The notes under the pieces are model-generated. The model made no database searches. It was not told the origin of the DNA and worked only from the letters and a program-made list of their open reading frames with translations. 64,000 nucleotides of DNA from an uncultured candidate division Zixibacteria bacterium. Its GTDB lineage: Bacteria; Zixibacteria; MSB-5A5; GN15; PGXB01. Below, one piece after another: positions 49,172-57,932 of this stretch. The DNA is taken from NCBI GenBank assembly GCA_963702205.1, contig OY969724.1, positions 3,232,001 through 3,296,000 of the forward strand, read 5' to 3'. Within the stretch, counting starts at the first letter, position 1. Every line of letters starts with the position of its first letter. Made by a program: the position numbers and the translations under genes.

Positions 49172-49825
49172 ATGGCAAAGATAAAAGTTTTACTAATCGA
49201 AGACAATCGTCTTTTACGTAACGGTACAACAGCAATCCTCAACGAACAGAAGGACATCACGGCGGTATCGTCCTCGGGAAATAGAAGTGCCCTTGAAAAG
49301 GCCAAGAAGTTAAAACCGGACGTGGTTCTGCTTGACCTGGGGCTCAAGAGTCTCAGCAGTCTGAAAGTGCTTGAATTAATAAAGAAACAACACCCACATA
49401 CGGAGGTCGTCGTCTTGGACCTGATTCCGGCGCATTCCGAGGTGATTGAATTAGTCAAAGCAGGAGTGTCCGGTTATATTTCTAAAGATTCGACTCTTGA
49501 TGATTTTCTGCACACCATCCGATCAGTTGTCAAGGGAGTAAAGATACTGCCTCCGACCATGGCCGATTCGCTTTTTTCGCAGATTGTAGAAGGGGCTATT
49601 CAGGCGGGAACAGTGGATAGAGTGATTGACGCAATCAAATTGACAGAGCGGGAGCGAGAAGTAATTATTCTTTTGGGAGAGGGAAAAAGCATTACGGAAA
49701 TCTCTCTTAAACTCAAAGTTGCTATCTTCACAATCAAGAACCATATTCGCAATATATTTGATAAGCTGGCTCTTCACACCCGCCTGGAATTGGCTTCTTT
49801 TGCCCATAAAAGTGATTTGCCCTGA
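49172..49825 (+). CDS. NarL/LuxR-family response regulator (paralog of 48311)
   Basis: Same architecture and extensive identity with the upstream gene. Confidence 0.95.
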   Translation: MAKIKVLLIEDNRLLRNGTTAILNEQKDITAVSSSGNRSALEKAKKLKPDVVLLDLGLKSLSSLKVLELIKKQHPHTEVVVLDLIPAHSEVIELVKAGVSGYISKDSTLDDFLHTIRSVVKGVKILPPTMADSLFSQIVEGAIQAGTVDRVIDAIKLTEREREVIILLGEGKSITEISLKLKVAIFTIKNHIRNIFDKLALHTRLELASFAHKSDLP

Positions 49826-49875
49826 AATATTTCGACGCGACCTCGAATCTCGTGTCTAACGCCTCAACCGAATTG

Positions 49876-49910
49876 ATTAATCATCTTTTCAATCGTCCGG
49901 CCGATTGACC
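49876..49910 (+). promoter_or_regulatory. Copy of island 35-bp motif
   Basis: ATTAATCATCTTTTCAATCGTCCGGCCGATTGACC (TCAATCG-N6-CGATTGA palindrome). Confidence 0.7.
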
Positions 49911-49972
49911 ATCTGAACAAATCAATTATTTTTAATATGTACCTGTAATAACAATTTATCTGGAGGATAAAT

Positions 49973-50404
49973 ATGAAGATACATACGCTTTTATTGGTGG
50001 TTGGAATTGCTGTAATTGCCTCATTCATTGCGCTCAACTTGAACGCGATTATGACGCCGACGACTATTACATTCGGCGTTGCCGCCATTCAGGCGCCGCT
50101 CGGGTTTTTTATACTTGGGCTAATGCTCCTTTTCGGAGCTTTGTTTATTGTCCTTATAATCTATTTAAAGAAATCGGGATTCTTCAAGGAACCCCATCGC
50201 GTGAGGGAGTCGCATGCCAGACAGGAGCCCGAAAACAACAATGAATCCTCACATTTCACCAAAATGCGAGAACTTCTGGAAGTAGAGCTTAAAAAACAGG
50301 CGAACCTTCACTCGGAGTCAACGGCGATGTTGCTGTCAAGGCTGGATCAGCTTGATGGTGCTCTCTTTTTCGCGACAAATGGGTTGGACAGAAGAATAAT
50401 GTAG
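49973..50404 (+). CDS. LapA/DUF1049-like membrane protein
   Basis: FIALN...TITFG...QAPLG...L; two TMs then a coiled tail; GGAGG RBS. Confidence 0.7.
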   Translation: MKIHTLLLVVGIAVIASFIALNLNAIMTPTTITFGVAAIQAPLGFFILGLMLLFGALFIVLIIYLKKSGFFKEPHRVRESHARQEPENNNESSHFTKMRELLEVELKKQANLHSESTAMLLSRLDQLDGALFFATNGLDRRIM

Positions 50405-50550
50405 AAACAGAGATTACTTGATGAATGAAGATTTGAAGAGCCTGCCGAACCTCAACTTATTCCCGCGATATTCTTCTACCTCCATTCTCAACATGGTTTC
50501 GCAGTCAGAACCGTTTGTCGAATTTTCTGAAAAGAAAGGAAAATTGCTAT

Positions 50551-50793
50551 ATGCTTACCATAACTAAACGATCAGGTAAGGAAGAAGAGTTCCATAAAAG
50601 CAAAATTGAAAATTCAATGAGGAACGCTGGAGTCAGTCAGGAAGCAGCTCAAAGAGTGGCGAGTGATATTTGCTACCACGGAGGCATAACCACTTCGGAG
50701 ATCCGCAATCGCGTTATTGGCGGTATCAAAAACCGTGAGCCTCAGGCCGCCAAGCAGTACGAGTCGCATCCGAAAAAAACGCATAGTATATAA
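50551..50793 (+). CDS. Stand-alone ATP-cone protein (second copy)
   Basis: ITKRSGKEEEFHKSKIENSMRNAG...TTSEIRNRV; AAAGGA RBS before ATG at 50551. Confidence 0.8.
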   Translation: MLTITKRSGKEEEFHKSKIENSMRNAGVSQEAAQRVASDICYHGGITTSEIRNRVIGGIKNREPQAAKQYESHPKKTHSI

Positions 50794-50892
50794 ATTGAAG
50801 TTGGTTCGGACCATAAGAAGTTAAGTCATGAGAAAAGCGGAATCAGATCAACAGCAGCAGTTAGATAAAAGCAGCTTCCCTCATTCCAATGA

Positions 50893-50927
50893 CTTAGCCC
50901 ACTTTTCAATCCTCTGGCCGATTGACT
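50893..50927 (+). promoter_or_regulatory. Copy of island 35-bp motif
   Basis: CTTAGCCCACTTTTCAATCCTCTGGCCGATTGACT upstream of the ECF sigma operon. Confidence 0.7.
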
Positions 50928-51127
50928 CACCGCACTATATCGCCGTAATTGGTATTTGAAGCAGAGGGTATACTTCCCGGAGGTGCCGGGAGTTTTCCTG
51001 GATATCTTTTTTGGGCCTGAGAGTGGCGGGAACTTTGAAATTTCCAAGGTTGGTCCGGGCTGCCCTTCTACTGAATCCTGACAAGACAGATGTCGCGTAG
51101 CAACATGATTATATGGAGTAGTAACCA

Positions 51128-51730
51128 ATGGTGATGAATCGCAGAAATAGGCTGGATTTTAAGGAAAATATTCTGCCTGACCTCGAAATTCTTATACACT
51201 TCTCTTTATCGCTGACAAAAAATGGACGCGATGCAGTTGAGTTGATGCGCGAGTCCATGGCAGAGGCTTTTCTATCATGGCATGAGGCAATGCCGAAAAA
51301 AAATCCTCAAATTTGGTTGCATGAATTCATTACCAGACGGTTCCAGGGCCGCAATCAATGCTATACGCACCCGTCGGCCCAGCCCCCCGGTGAGGATGTT
51401 GATGGAAATGCCGGCAAGAACGATACACTGCATCCTGATACGACGACCGGGGCTCGGCCACACTCAAGACTAACCGGCGAGTCGGATAACGATGTCGATT
51501 TCCTTAAAGCTTTTGCCACCCTTCCTTCATTGTTCCGGTCCGCAATGATTTTATCGTATCTCGATGGCTTTTCAAGAAAACAGATTGCCGGCCTGACCGC
51601 TGTTCGGCCGCCGGTAATTGAATCAGTGCTTATTCGGAGCCGAAGATTCATCCGAGAAGAACTCTTCGCTTATCTGATGGACAATGACGGTCCCCTCACG
51701 GCTGCGGGCCCGGAAATGGGTCCGGGATGA
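51128..51730 (+). CDS. ECF sigma factor, divergent
   Basis: Region 2-like (DAVELMRE..EAF..W...WL) and region 4-like (LPSLFR...GFSRKQIA); several conserved residues altered. Confidence 0.7.
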   Translation: MVMNRRNRLDFKENILPDLEILIHFSLSLTKNGRDAVELMRESMAEAFLSWHEAMPKKNPQIWLHEFITRRFQGRNQCYTHPSAQPPGEDVDGNAGKNDTLHPDTTTGARPHSRLTGESDNDVDFLKAFATLPSLFRSAMILSYLDGFSRKQIAGLTAVRPPVIESVLIRSRRFIREELFAYLMDNDGPLTAAGPEMGPG

Positions 51731-51753
51731 AGCGGAATCATGAATGATATGGA

Positions 51754-52368
51754 ATGAAAGAGAATATGGCGAAAAAGAAGGATTTTGAAGCACTGGCTCT
51801 GCCCCAGCTTACGAATTTGTATCGTACGGCCTTATACATTTTAGATGACAAATCCGATGCACAAGAAATGGTTCAAGATACATTTGTCAGAGCGTACCAC
51901 TCATGGGACGAATGTCAATTGGACCATAACCGCCGCATTTGGCTTTTTGGGATCATGACAAATGTTCTCGTCAACAAATATCGGCCGTCTCCCGGCCTGT
52001 CGGCCGCAACAAATAATATCTACGAGATTGATAGCCACGCACTGTATTCCCAGTGGGTGAATCAATTATCCAATATAGATCCCGGTCACGCCCTGCTTTC
52101 AACGATATCTGAAAACCATATCAGGAAAGCCATTGGAAACTTACCTCTAAATTTAAGGCTGATAGTTGTCTTCTCTCTGCTGGAGGACTTTTCTTACCGG
52201 GAAATAGCCAATATTACGGGCATTAATTTGGAAACTGTCAAATCCGGGCTGTATCTGGGTCGCATACTCATGCAGAGAGAGTTATTCGATCTCACGGAGC
52301 GCGAAGGCAAGCGCGAAGGCGAGTATGATACACCCGCAGACGGAGTCAGGAGTAACAAATCGGGTTAA
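51754..52368 (+). CDS. ECF sigma factor
   Basis: LYRTAL...DAQEMVQDTFVRAY...WLFGIMTN; LP...FSYREIA...TVKS. Confidence 0.88.
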   Translation: MKENMAKKKDFEALALPQLTNLYRTALYILDDKSDAQEMVQDTFVRAYHSWDECQLDHNRRIWLFGIMTNVLVNKYRPSPGLSAATNNIYEIDSHALYSQWVNQLSNIDPGHALLSTISENHIRKAIGNLPLNLRLIVVFSLLEDFSYREIANITGINLETVKSGLYLGRILMQRELFDLTEREGKREGEYDTPADGVRSNKSG

Positions 52369-52383
52369 TGATCTGGGATCACA

Positions 52384-53037
52384 ATGAAATTAAAAATTCG
52401 AATCTTTAAAGGAGTCATTATGCTTAAGTTAATCAGTCTGTTCCTGACGGTTTCGGGACTGCTTCTTATTACAGCTTGCAATACTGGAACCACGACCGAA
52501 AACCTGACGAAAGGCACTACTTATGTTAGCATGCCGGTAAATACGGCAATCGCAGTAACTCTGGTCGATTCCATCGATACGGATATCAATGTAACGGGCG
52601 AGCAATTTTTCGCCAAACTTTCTCAACCCATTATCGTTGATGGGCACACCCTGTTTGCAAACGGTGCCGCGGCGAAAGGGGTCCTGATAAAAGTTGTTGA
52701 GTCCGGACGCCTCAAAACCCCCGCCGAATTAATCTTTAATTTGACGGCTCTTCAGGAGGGGAATGGGAATTGGGTCAACGTTGGCACTTACGCAGTCCAG
52801 GAGAAAAAAGGTTCGCATACGAACAGAGAAGTTGCCATGATCGGTGGCGGGGCCATAGTTGGTGGCATCATAGGCAAGATAATTGACAGAAATGGCAGCA
52901 CCGAAATAGGCGCCGCCGCGGGTGCGGCCGCAGGCACAGGCCTGTCTGCAGCAACCGGCAAGGATGATATATTCTACGGAGTCGGTTCGGAAATCGTGTT
53001 CTATTCGAATCAGTCTAAACAGATCGCACTGAAATAA
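52384..53037 (+). CDS. Lipoprotein with glycine-zipper C-terminus
   Basis: Lipobox ITAC; IGGGAIVGGIIG...GAAAGAAAGT; start likely 52420. Confidence 0.7.
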   Translation: MKLKIRIFKGVIMLKLISLFLTVSGLLLITACNTGTTTENLTKGTTYVSMPVNTAIAVTLVDSIDTDINVTGEQFFAKLSQPIIVDGHTLFANGAAAKGVLIKVVESGRLKTPAELIFNLTALQEGNGNWVNVGTYAVQEKKGSHTNREVAMIGGGAIVGGIIGKIIDRNGSTEIGAAAGAAAGTGLSAATGKDDIFYGVGSEIVFYSNQSKQIALK

Positions 53038-53100
53038 CGGCAAGGTATTACAACCATCGTCCGCAAAAAAGGGCCAGGGAAATAACGAAAGGATTAAGTA

Positions 53101-53586
53101 ATGAAAAAACTTCTCATCTTCTTACTGACAACAGGTTTGATCTGCAATTTCGCAGCCACCGCAAACTCACGCTCGGCCGGGTTTCACGGCGTGGGACCGA
53201 GAGTAGGCTTTACGATCAATCCGGATCAAGTCCATTTTGGCGGCCACATTGATTTTGGAGACCTTGCTGATAATCTAATGATGCTGCCGAATCTGGAAGT
53301 TGGGTTTGGTGATAACCTAACCACGGTTGCCCCCAGCTTTGAACTTGATTATCGCTTCCGTTCCGACTGGGGTGTTTGGACTCCTTATCTGGGTGGCGGC
53401 GTCGGTCCGGTATTTTATTCCTTCAAGCACGGAGGCAGCTCGACCGAACTTGGTCTCTACATGCAGTTTGGCATTGGGAAAGGAAACTCGGGGAATCAGT
53501 CCGGGCATTTCTTCATAGAGGGAAAGCTCGGTTTGGCCGACGCTCCGGACTTCAAAGCAACTGTCGGCTGGACCTTCGGAAAATAG
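53101..53586 (+). CDS. Outer-membrane beta-barrel protein
   Basis: Signal peptide, amphipathic strands, PYLGGGVG, terminal GWTF. Confidence 0.8.
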   Translation: MKKLLIFLLTTGLICNFAATANSRSAGFHGVGPRVGFTINPDQVHFGGHIDFGDLADNLMMLPNLEVGFGDNLTTVAPSFELDYRFRSDWGVWTPYLGGGVGPVFYSFKHGGSSTELGLYMQFGIGKGNSGNQSGHFFIEGKLGLADAPDFKATVGWTFGK

Positions 53587-53790
53587 CCTATGCCAGAGGC
53601 GTCAAAAGCAATGAATTCCGGAATGACTGGCTATTCCTTGCAAGACGTGCGGCATGGAGAATAGGATAAAAAACCAAATGACCATCAAAATATCGCAATC
53701 CTCGACTAACTAAATTGCCGGATCGCTTCCGGCCGGTGACAGTGATGCACCGGTCGGCGGCGAATCCAGGACAAACAAAAGGAGAATCGT

Positions 53791-53940
53791 ATGCTGTGGA
53801 CATTAGCATTAATTCTGTTGGTTCTGTGGGCGCTTGGCCTGGTGACAGGCTATACGTTGGGTGGCTTTGTTCACATTCTGATAGTCATTGCCATAGTGGC
53901 GGTGCTATTCAGAATAATTGCCGGTCGACGAGTGGTGTGA
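53791..53940 (+). CDS. lmo0937-family small membrane protein (49 aa)
   Basis: MLWTLALILLVLWALGLVTGYTLGGFVHILIVIAIVAVLFRIIAGRRVV*, AAGGAG RBS; missing from the ORF track. Confidence 0.9.
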   Translation: MLWTLALILLVLWALGLVTGYTLGGFVHILIVIAIVAVLFRIIAGRRVV

Positions 53941-54068
53941 TTGAAGGCTTGTCCGAATATGAGCCGTAATGAACATAGTCTCTGTATCCGCCAGCATTTC
54001 CGTAATGGTCGGCGCGGTGGGTATTATTGGCGAAGAATTACTTGAACCTTCAAAAGGATAAGGAAAAC

Positions 54069-54629
54069 ATGTTCAGAATAAACAAAGCGGGATTCCTTTT
54101 GGGCATTCTCCTCCTATTGCCATGGTCCGTTCGCAGTCAAACGAGTGTGTATGTTGGCCCTCATATAGGCATACAAAAGTCTCCAGATGCCCAGGACGCG
54201 AATTATTTGGTGGGCGCAACGATGCGCCTTAGACTATTGCCGGTCCTCGGCGTGGAGGGCGATATTGGTTATCGTCAGGAAAAATATGGTTCCGACGTGG
54301 TAACGGTCAAAAACTGGCCGGTGACGGTAACCGGGTTGCTCTATCCGGTGCCAATAGTCTATGGAGGTGTCGGTGCCGGCTGGTATAATACGACTTTTGA
54401 TTACGCCGATAGATTTAACCAGATCGGCTATGGTGATGAAACCGTCCAGAAGTTCGGCTGGCACCTTGTTGCCGGGATTGAGATTCCGGCTTCGCAGAAT
54501 ATCAAATTGTTTGGCGATGTTCGTTATGTGTTTCTTGACTACAAATTCAAAGAACTGCCGGGCGCTTTGCTTGATGGAGTAAAATCGGACTTTTATTCCA
54601 TAAACATCGGTCTGCTTTTCCGGCTTTGA
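54069..54629 (+). CDS. Outer-membrane beta-barrel protein
   Basis: Signal peptide, YGGVGAGWY, FGWHLVAG, terminal GLLFRL; AAGGA RBS favours ATG 54069. Confidence 0.82.
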   Translation: MFRINKAGFLLGILLLLPWSVRSQTSVYVGPHIGIQKSPDAQDANYLVGATMRLRLLPVLGVEGDIGYRQEKYGSDVVTVKNWPVTVTGLLYPVPIVYGGVGAGWYNTTFDYADRFNQIGYGDETVQKFGWHLVAGIEIPASQNIKLFGDVRYVFLDYKFKELPGALLDGVKSDFYSINIGLLFRL

Positions 54630-54691
54630 GATGGCAGTTGCGTCCCGGTTTTGCTCAGGTAAATCTCCTGATCGAATAGAAAGGAGCTCTT

Positions 54692-54928
54692 ATGAATACC
54701 ATAATTTTGGTCGGCATCATTCTCATTACGCTCGGCGCGGTGGGACTGATATGGGGAGGAATTAGTTATACTTCTAGTCGGAATGCCGTTGATATGGGAT
54801 CGATGCACGTCCAGATCGATCAAACAAGCCATATCCCGCTCTCCCCGATCGCCGGCGCGGCGGCAGTGGCGGCTGGCATAATACTGATCTTTGTCGGGCG
54901 ACGACGCCAATTGGTGCGATCATATTAA
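54692..54928 (+). CDS. Small membrane protein (DUF3185-like)
   Basis: GIILI.LG..GL..GG.SY...D.G....P.SPIAG; AAGGAG RBS. Confidence 0.7.
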   Translation: MNTIILVGIILITLGAVGLIWGGISYTSSRNAVDMGSMHVQIDQTSHIPLSPIAGAAAVAAGIILIFVGRRRQLVRSY

Positions 54929-55158
54929 TTCGCTGTACATTCTTTGACTGATCGATCATCTCTATGGCACTCCAAGGTGAGACTCCAGCGCCTTGGAATG
55001 CCGGGGATGCTTATGACGACGGGAATATTAACTGTTCGGATGTCCTATACATGAAAATTACATCCGGATAGGCAGGAAAAGAAAAAGGATTCAGAATTTA
55101 GTATAATGCGCGAGACCTTTTAAATCCCTGCTTGACGAAAATTCGTCCCAATAAAAAA

Positions 55159-55232
55159 TAGCGGTGCAGGGACTTGAACCCCGGACACGCGGATTATGAT
55201 TCCGCTGCTCTAACCAACTGAGCTACACCGCC
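55159..55232 (-). tRNA. tRNA-Met (CAT), probably elongator; CCA not encoded
   Basis: GGCGGTGTAGCTCAGTTGGTTAGAGCAGCGGAATCATAATCCGCGTGTCCGGGGTTCAAGTCCCTGCACCGCTA folds as a cloverleaf. Ile2 identity not formally excluded. Confidence 0.95.
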
Positions 55233-55248
55233 ATTTTCAAGAAATCCC

Positions 55249-55276
55249 AATGTAATATAAAATGCCTAATTGTCAA
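55249..55276 (-). promoter_or_regulatory. Sigma70 promoter of tRNA
   Basis: TTGACA-16 bp-TACATT on the minus strand. Confidence 0.55.
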
Positions 55277-55291
55277 GAAAATTGGTTGCCG

Positions 55292-56071
55292 TCAGGCCAG
55301 ACAGCGATTGATCGTGGCCTCGATTTCGGCCAGGTCGATACAGGTATTTTTGCACGGTCCTTCGGGGCGTTTGTTGGGAAAACCGATGACTGGTATATGG
55401 ACGTTTACTTCTTTGAATCCGGAATAAAGATCGCGCTCGCAGGCAATAGCGATAATCAGTCTCGGCCGCAACTCCCGGATTTTTTGGCGAGCTTCCGTGC
55501 CGCCTCCGACCGTCACCATTAAAAAGCCGTACTTATCCCGCAGCTCTTTGAGCATTGTGTTTGTCTCTTTGGTCAGGCAGCGCGGCAGGAGCAGAAGCAG
55601 CTTTTCGGGTACCGTCCGGTTGGGTCCGCTGTGAATCAGAACATTGTGAATTTTCAAAAATGAATTGGTGATGCGATCGGCCGAAAGGCCCATTGTCTTG
55701 CCGATCGCTGTCGTTATAGCCAGCAGTTTATTCACCAGATGTGGGACAATAATAAGCGGCGTGATCGGCCAGCTAAACACCGCCGAGACTATAAATATGG
55801 CAAGCCATAAAACCAGCACGGCACTGAAAGCCAGATACACAAAGGCAAATAGCTGAGGCAGGATCGAACTCATGGCCATCAGGCGCGGATAAATCAGCCA
55901 CAGGAAAATCCCGGCCAGAACGATCAGTGAGGCAATCGCGATTACGGCAATCCCAAGAAATATCTTGTAATCGGTTTCGGTCTCTTCGGTTTTGGCCGTG
56001 CCATCCCAGTCCAGCCATTCATCGCCGAGCTTGCGGTCAATGATTTTGTTGGTCGTTTTGGTCTTATCCAT
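55292..56071 (-). CDS. DUF116 domain protein
   Basis: Two TMs, LLLLPRCL, GGTEAR, AIACERDL..G, N.RPEGPCKNT. Confidence 0.85.
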   Translation of the reverse strand: MDKTKTTNKIIDRKLGDEWLDWDGTAKTEETETDYKIFLGIAVIAIASLIVLAGIFLWLIYPRLMAMSSILPQLFAFVYLAFSAVLVLWLAIFIVSAVFSWPITPLIIVPHLVNKLLAITTAIGKTMGLSADRITNSFLKIHNVLIHSGPNRTVPEKLLLLLPRCLTKETNTMLKELRDKYGFLMVTVGGGTEARQKIRELRPRLIIAIACERDLYSGFKEVNVHIPVIGFPNKRPEGPCKNTCIDLAEIEATINRCLA

Positions 56072-56204
56072 ATCGATTGAATATACGGGTTGCCCCGGTC
56101 GCGGTCAACCGGGCAATTATTCTCAAATTCAATGTCACTGAATTAAATACGATAAGAATTTTAATCGCGGCTATCAGGAAGACCCATTTTCGGATCACGT
56201 ACAT

Positions 56205-56240
56205 AAAAAAAGCAACCGCGCCCTCACTACGCGGCTGCTT
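56205..56240 (-). terminator. Intrinsic terminator
   Basis: AAGCAGCCGCG-tagtgaggg-CGCGGTTGCTT with a T7 run. Confidence 0.8.
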
Positions 56241-56298
56241 CATCCCCACCTCTTAATTACCCTTTACCGCCATACTATTTATGAGTAACTAACCTCAG
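56205..56298 (-). ncRNA. Candidate sigma54-dependent small RNA (~95 nt)
   Basis: Lies between a -24/-12 site and a strong intrinsic terminator; only a 6-codon ORF fits inside. Confidence 0.5.
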
Positions 56299-56307
56299 CC
56301 TAATAAA

Positions 56308-56325
56308 TAGCAGGGGTTGTGCCAA
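56308..56325 (-). promoter_or_regulatory. Sigma54 -24/-12 promoter
   Basis: TTGGCACAACCCCTGCTA (TGGCAC, GG-N10-GC). Confidence 0.7.
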
Positions 56326-56583
56326 AAATGTCAAATTATGATTCAGGTTTCGTAAGCAGCTGACATACATTACGTTACCACCAAACGATAATTCTAATAA
56401 TTCTACATGCAAGCAGTTTTGATCGCAGCATATGCGCCGGAAGCAATGCCGGCATATAGACCACGGAATTTATCCTTTGTAACACATATATTTACACCGC
56501 ACAACTTCTGCGACACCGATTTTGGCGCCTTTTGTGAGAAAACCAGCGAGCCTTGTGATATAACATCATGTTTCGGACATAAA

Positions 56584-56614
56584 AATAGCCCCGGATCAAT
56601 AAACCGAGGCTATT
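56584..56614 (-). terminator. Intrinsic terminator after the 56628 gene
   Basis: AATAGCCTCGG-loop-CCGGGGCTATT then TTT. Confidence 0.75.
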
Positions 56615-56627
56615 GAAAACAAATTTC

Positions 56628-57167
56628 TTAATTGCCGGCTGTCACCGTAACAACCACAACACCGAAATCTATGGTGACATCGACGCTCGGCTGTGACGAG
56701 ACAATATAAATGCGAAAAATACCCGAATCGGCGAAATTTTTCAGGATCGAGACGTTCTTGACTTTGGTCAACGACGTCGACCAGTCGATAGTCGTCTCAC
56801 CATCGGCGGCAAAAGTCACGTTGTCCAGTATAAGATCGGCATTGTCCTGAATATCGGTTAAATTGTCATAAACGGGATCGCCAACATTATCGATATACAT
56901 TTTTACATCGACTGCCGATGCCTCATGGTTGGTCACCTGAAGGACGAAGCCGACGTTGTCGATATCCTTGATTTTATCTTTATGGTCCTGCCAATCTGAA
57001 TCTTCAGTCAGGTCTATGTCATAATGAACCAAACCGGTGAAGGAAGCGTCAGAGGCGAATTCGAAATCAATCACAAACGTCCCGACCACGATACACCCGG
57101 TGAGCAGCAGCGCACCAAGAAGGCCGGACAGTAACCAGACATGGTTTTTAATGCGTGTCATATCCAT
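56628..57167 (-). CDS. Lipoprotein of unknown function
   Basis: Lipobox LTGC; AAGGAGG RBS; acidic, beta-rich. Confidence 0.75.
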   Translation of the reverse strand: MDMTRIKNHVWLLSGLLGALLLTGCIVVGTFVIDFEFASDASFTGLVHYDIDLTEDSDWQDHKDKIKDIDNVGFVLQVTNHEASAVDVKMYIDNVGDPVYDNLTDIQDNADLILDNVTFAADGETTIDWSTSLTKVKNVSILKNFADSGIFRIYIVSSQPSVDVTIDFGVVVVTVTAGN

Positions 57168-57173
57168 ACCTCC

Positions 57174-57719
57174 TTAATAGCCCAAATAATAGAAAAAGCC
57201 CGCCGTCACCAGGGCCGATTTCTTGGAGCCGCCACCCTCGGTGCCGATGACAACAACCTTCCCCCGAAAATCGAGGCCTATTTTGGGGGCCGGGTTGATT
57301 TCAAAGCCGAAACCCGCCGACCAGCCCAGCCTGGTCGTGCTTTCGTCGAAATCCCGCGACGTATTATAAAACGCCGCCCCGAAAACACCATAAGGCTTGA
57401 AACCGGGCAGACCGCCGGTACCGCCGCCGAGAAGCAGGTTGATACCATAGGAATTCACTTTGGAACCTGCGATCGTGTTATTAATCGAACCGATCTCTTT
57501 CGAGGTCTCGCCGTATTTGCTGAAGGTAAGGTTCCCTTCGGCGACCAGCGCCGGGATAAGTTTGATTTTTCCGTGCAGACCGAAAGCGGTCCCGGTCGAT
57601 TGATCCTCCTGCACTATGGGGATATTCGCCCCTCCGAAGCCGCCGACGCCGATCGGCCCGGCCGACAGCATCGGGATACAGATAAATGTCAGGAGGAAAG
57701 CCAATAAAATCTTTCGCAT
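57174..57719 (-). CDS. Outer-membrane beta-barrel protein
   Basis: GGAGG RBS before MRKILL..., PYGVFGAAFY, GWSAGFG, aromatic C-terminus. Confidence 0.82.
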   Translation of the reverse strand: MRKILLAFLLTFICIPMLSAGPIGVGGFGGANIPIVQEDQSTGTAFGLHGKIKLIPALVAEGNLTFSKYGETSKEIGSINNTIAGSKVNSYGINLLLGGGTGGLPGFKPYGVFGAAFYNTSRDFDESTTRLGWSAGFGFEINPAPKIGLDFRGKVVVIGTEGGGSKKSALVTAGFFYYLGY

Positions 57720-57932
57720 AATGCCTCCACTTTGGAATTTCTCTGAGTTCAACATTATATTTATAACTGTGTGCGCGCCGCTCGTCAAGAACAAAGCGCG
57801 AATGGGCCGCCCGGCCCGATTATAGATAAATATACTCTATTTTCGAAAATCGGCAAGTTCTTTTGCCGCCTTCGTGACGATTTTTTACTAATCTCACAGG
57901 CGGCTTTCGGCCGCCTGCGATAATTCGGAGGT

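Larger units (their letters stand above)
44651..55147. mobile_element. Putative tRNA-proximal island with regulatory/stress cargo
   Basis: Lies between the tRNA-Met 3' end and its copy at 44629; no integrase seen. Confidence 0.6.

Noticed and set aside
56064..56249. 61-aa minus-strand ORF
   Set aside because: Reads through a strong terminator and has no recognisable features.
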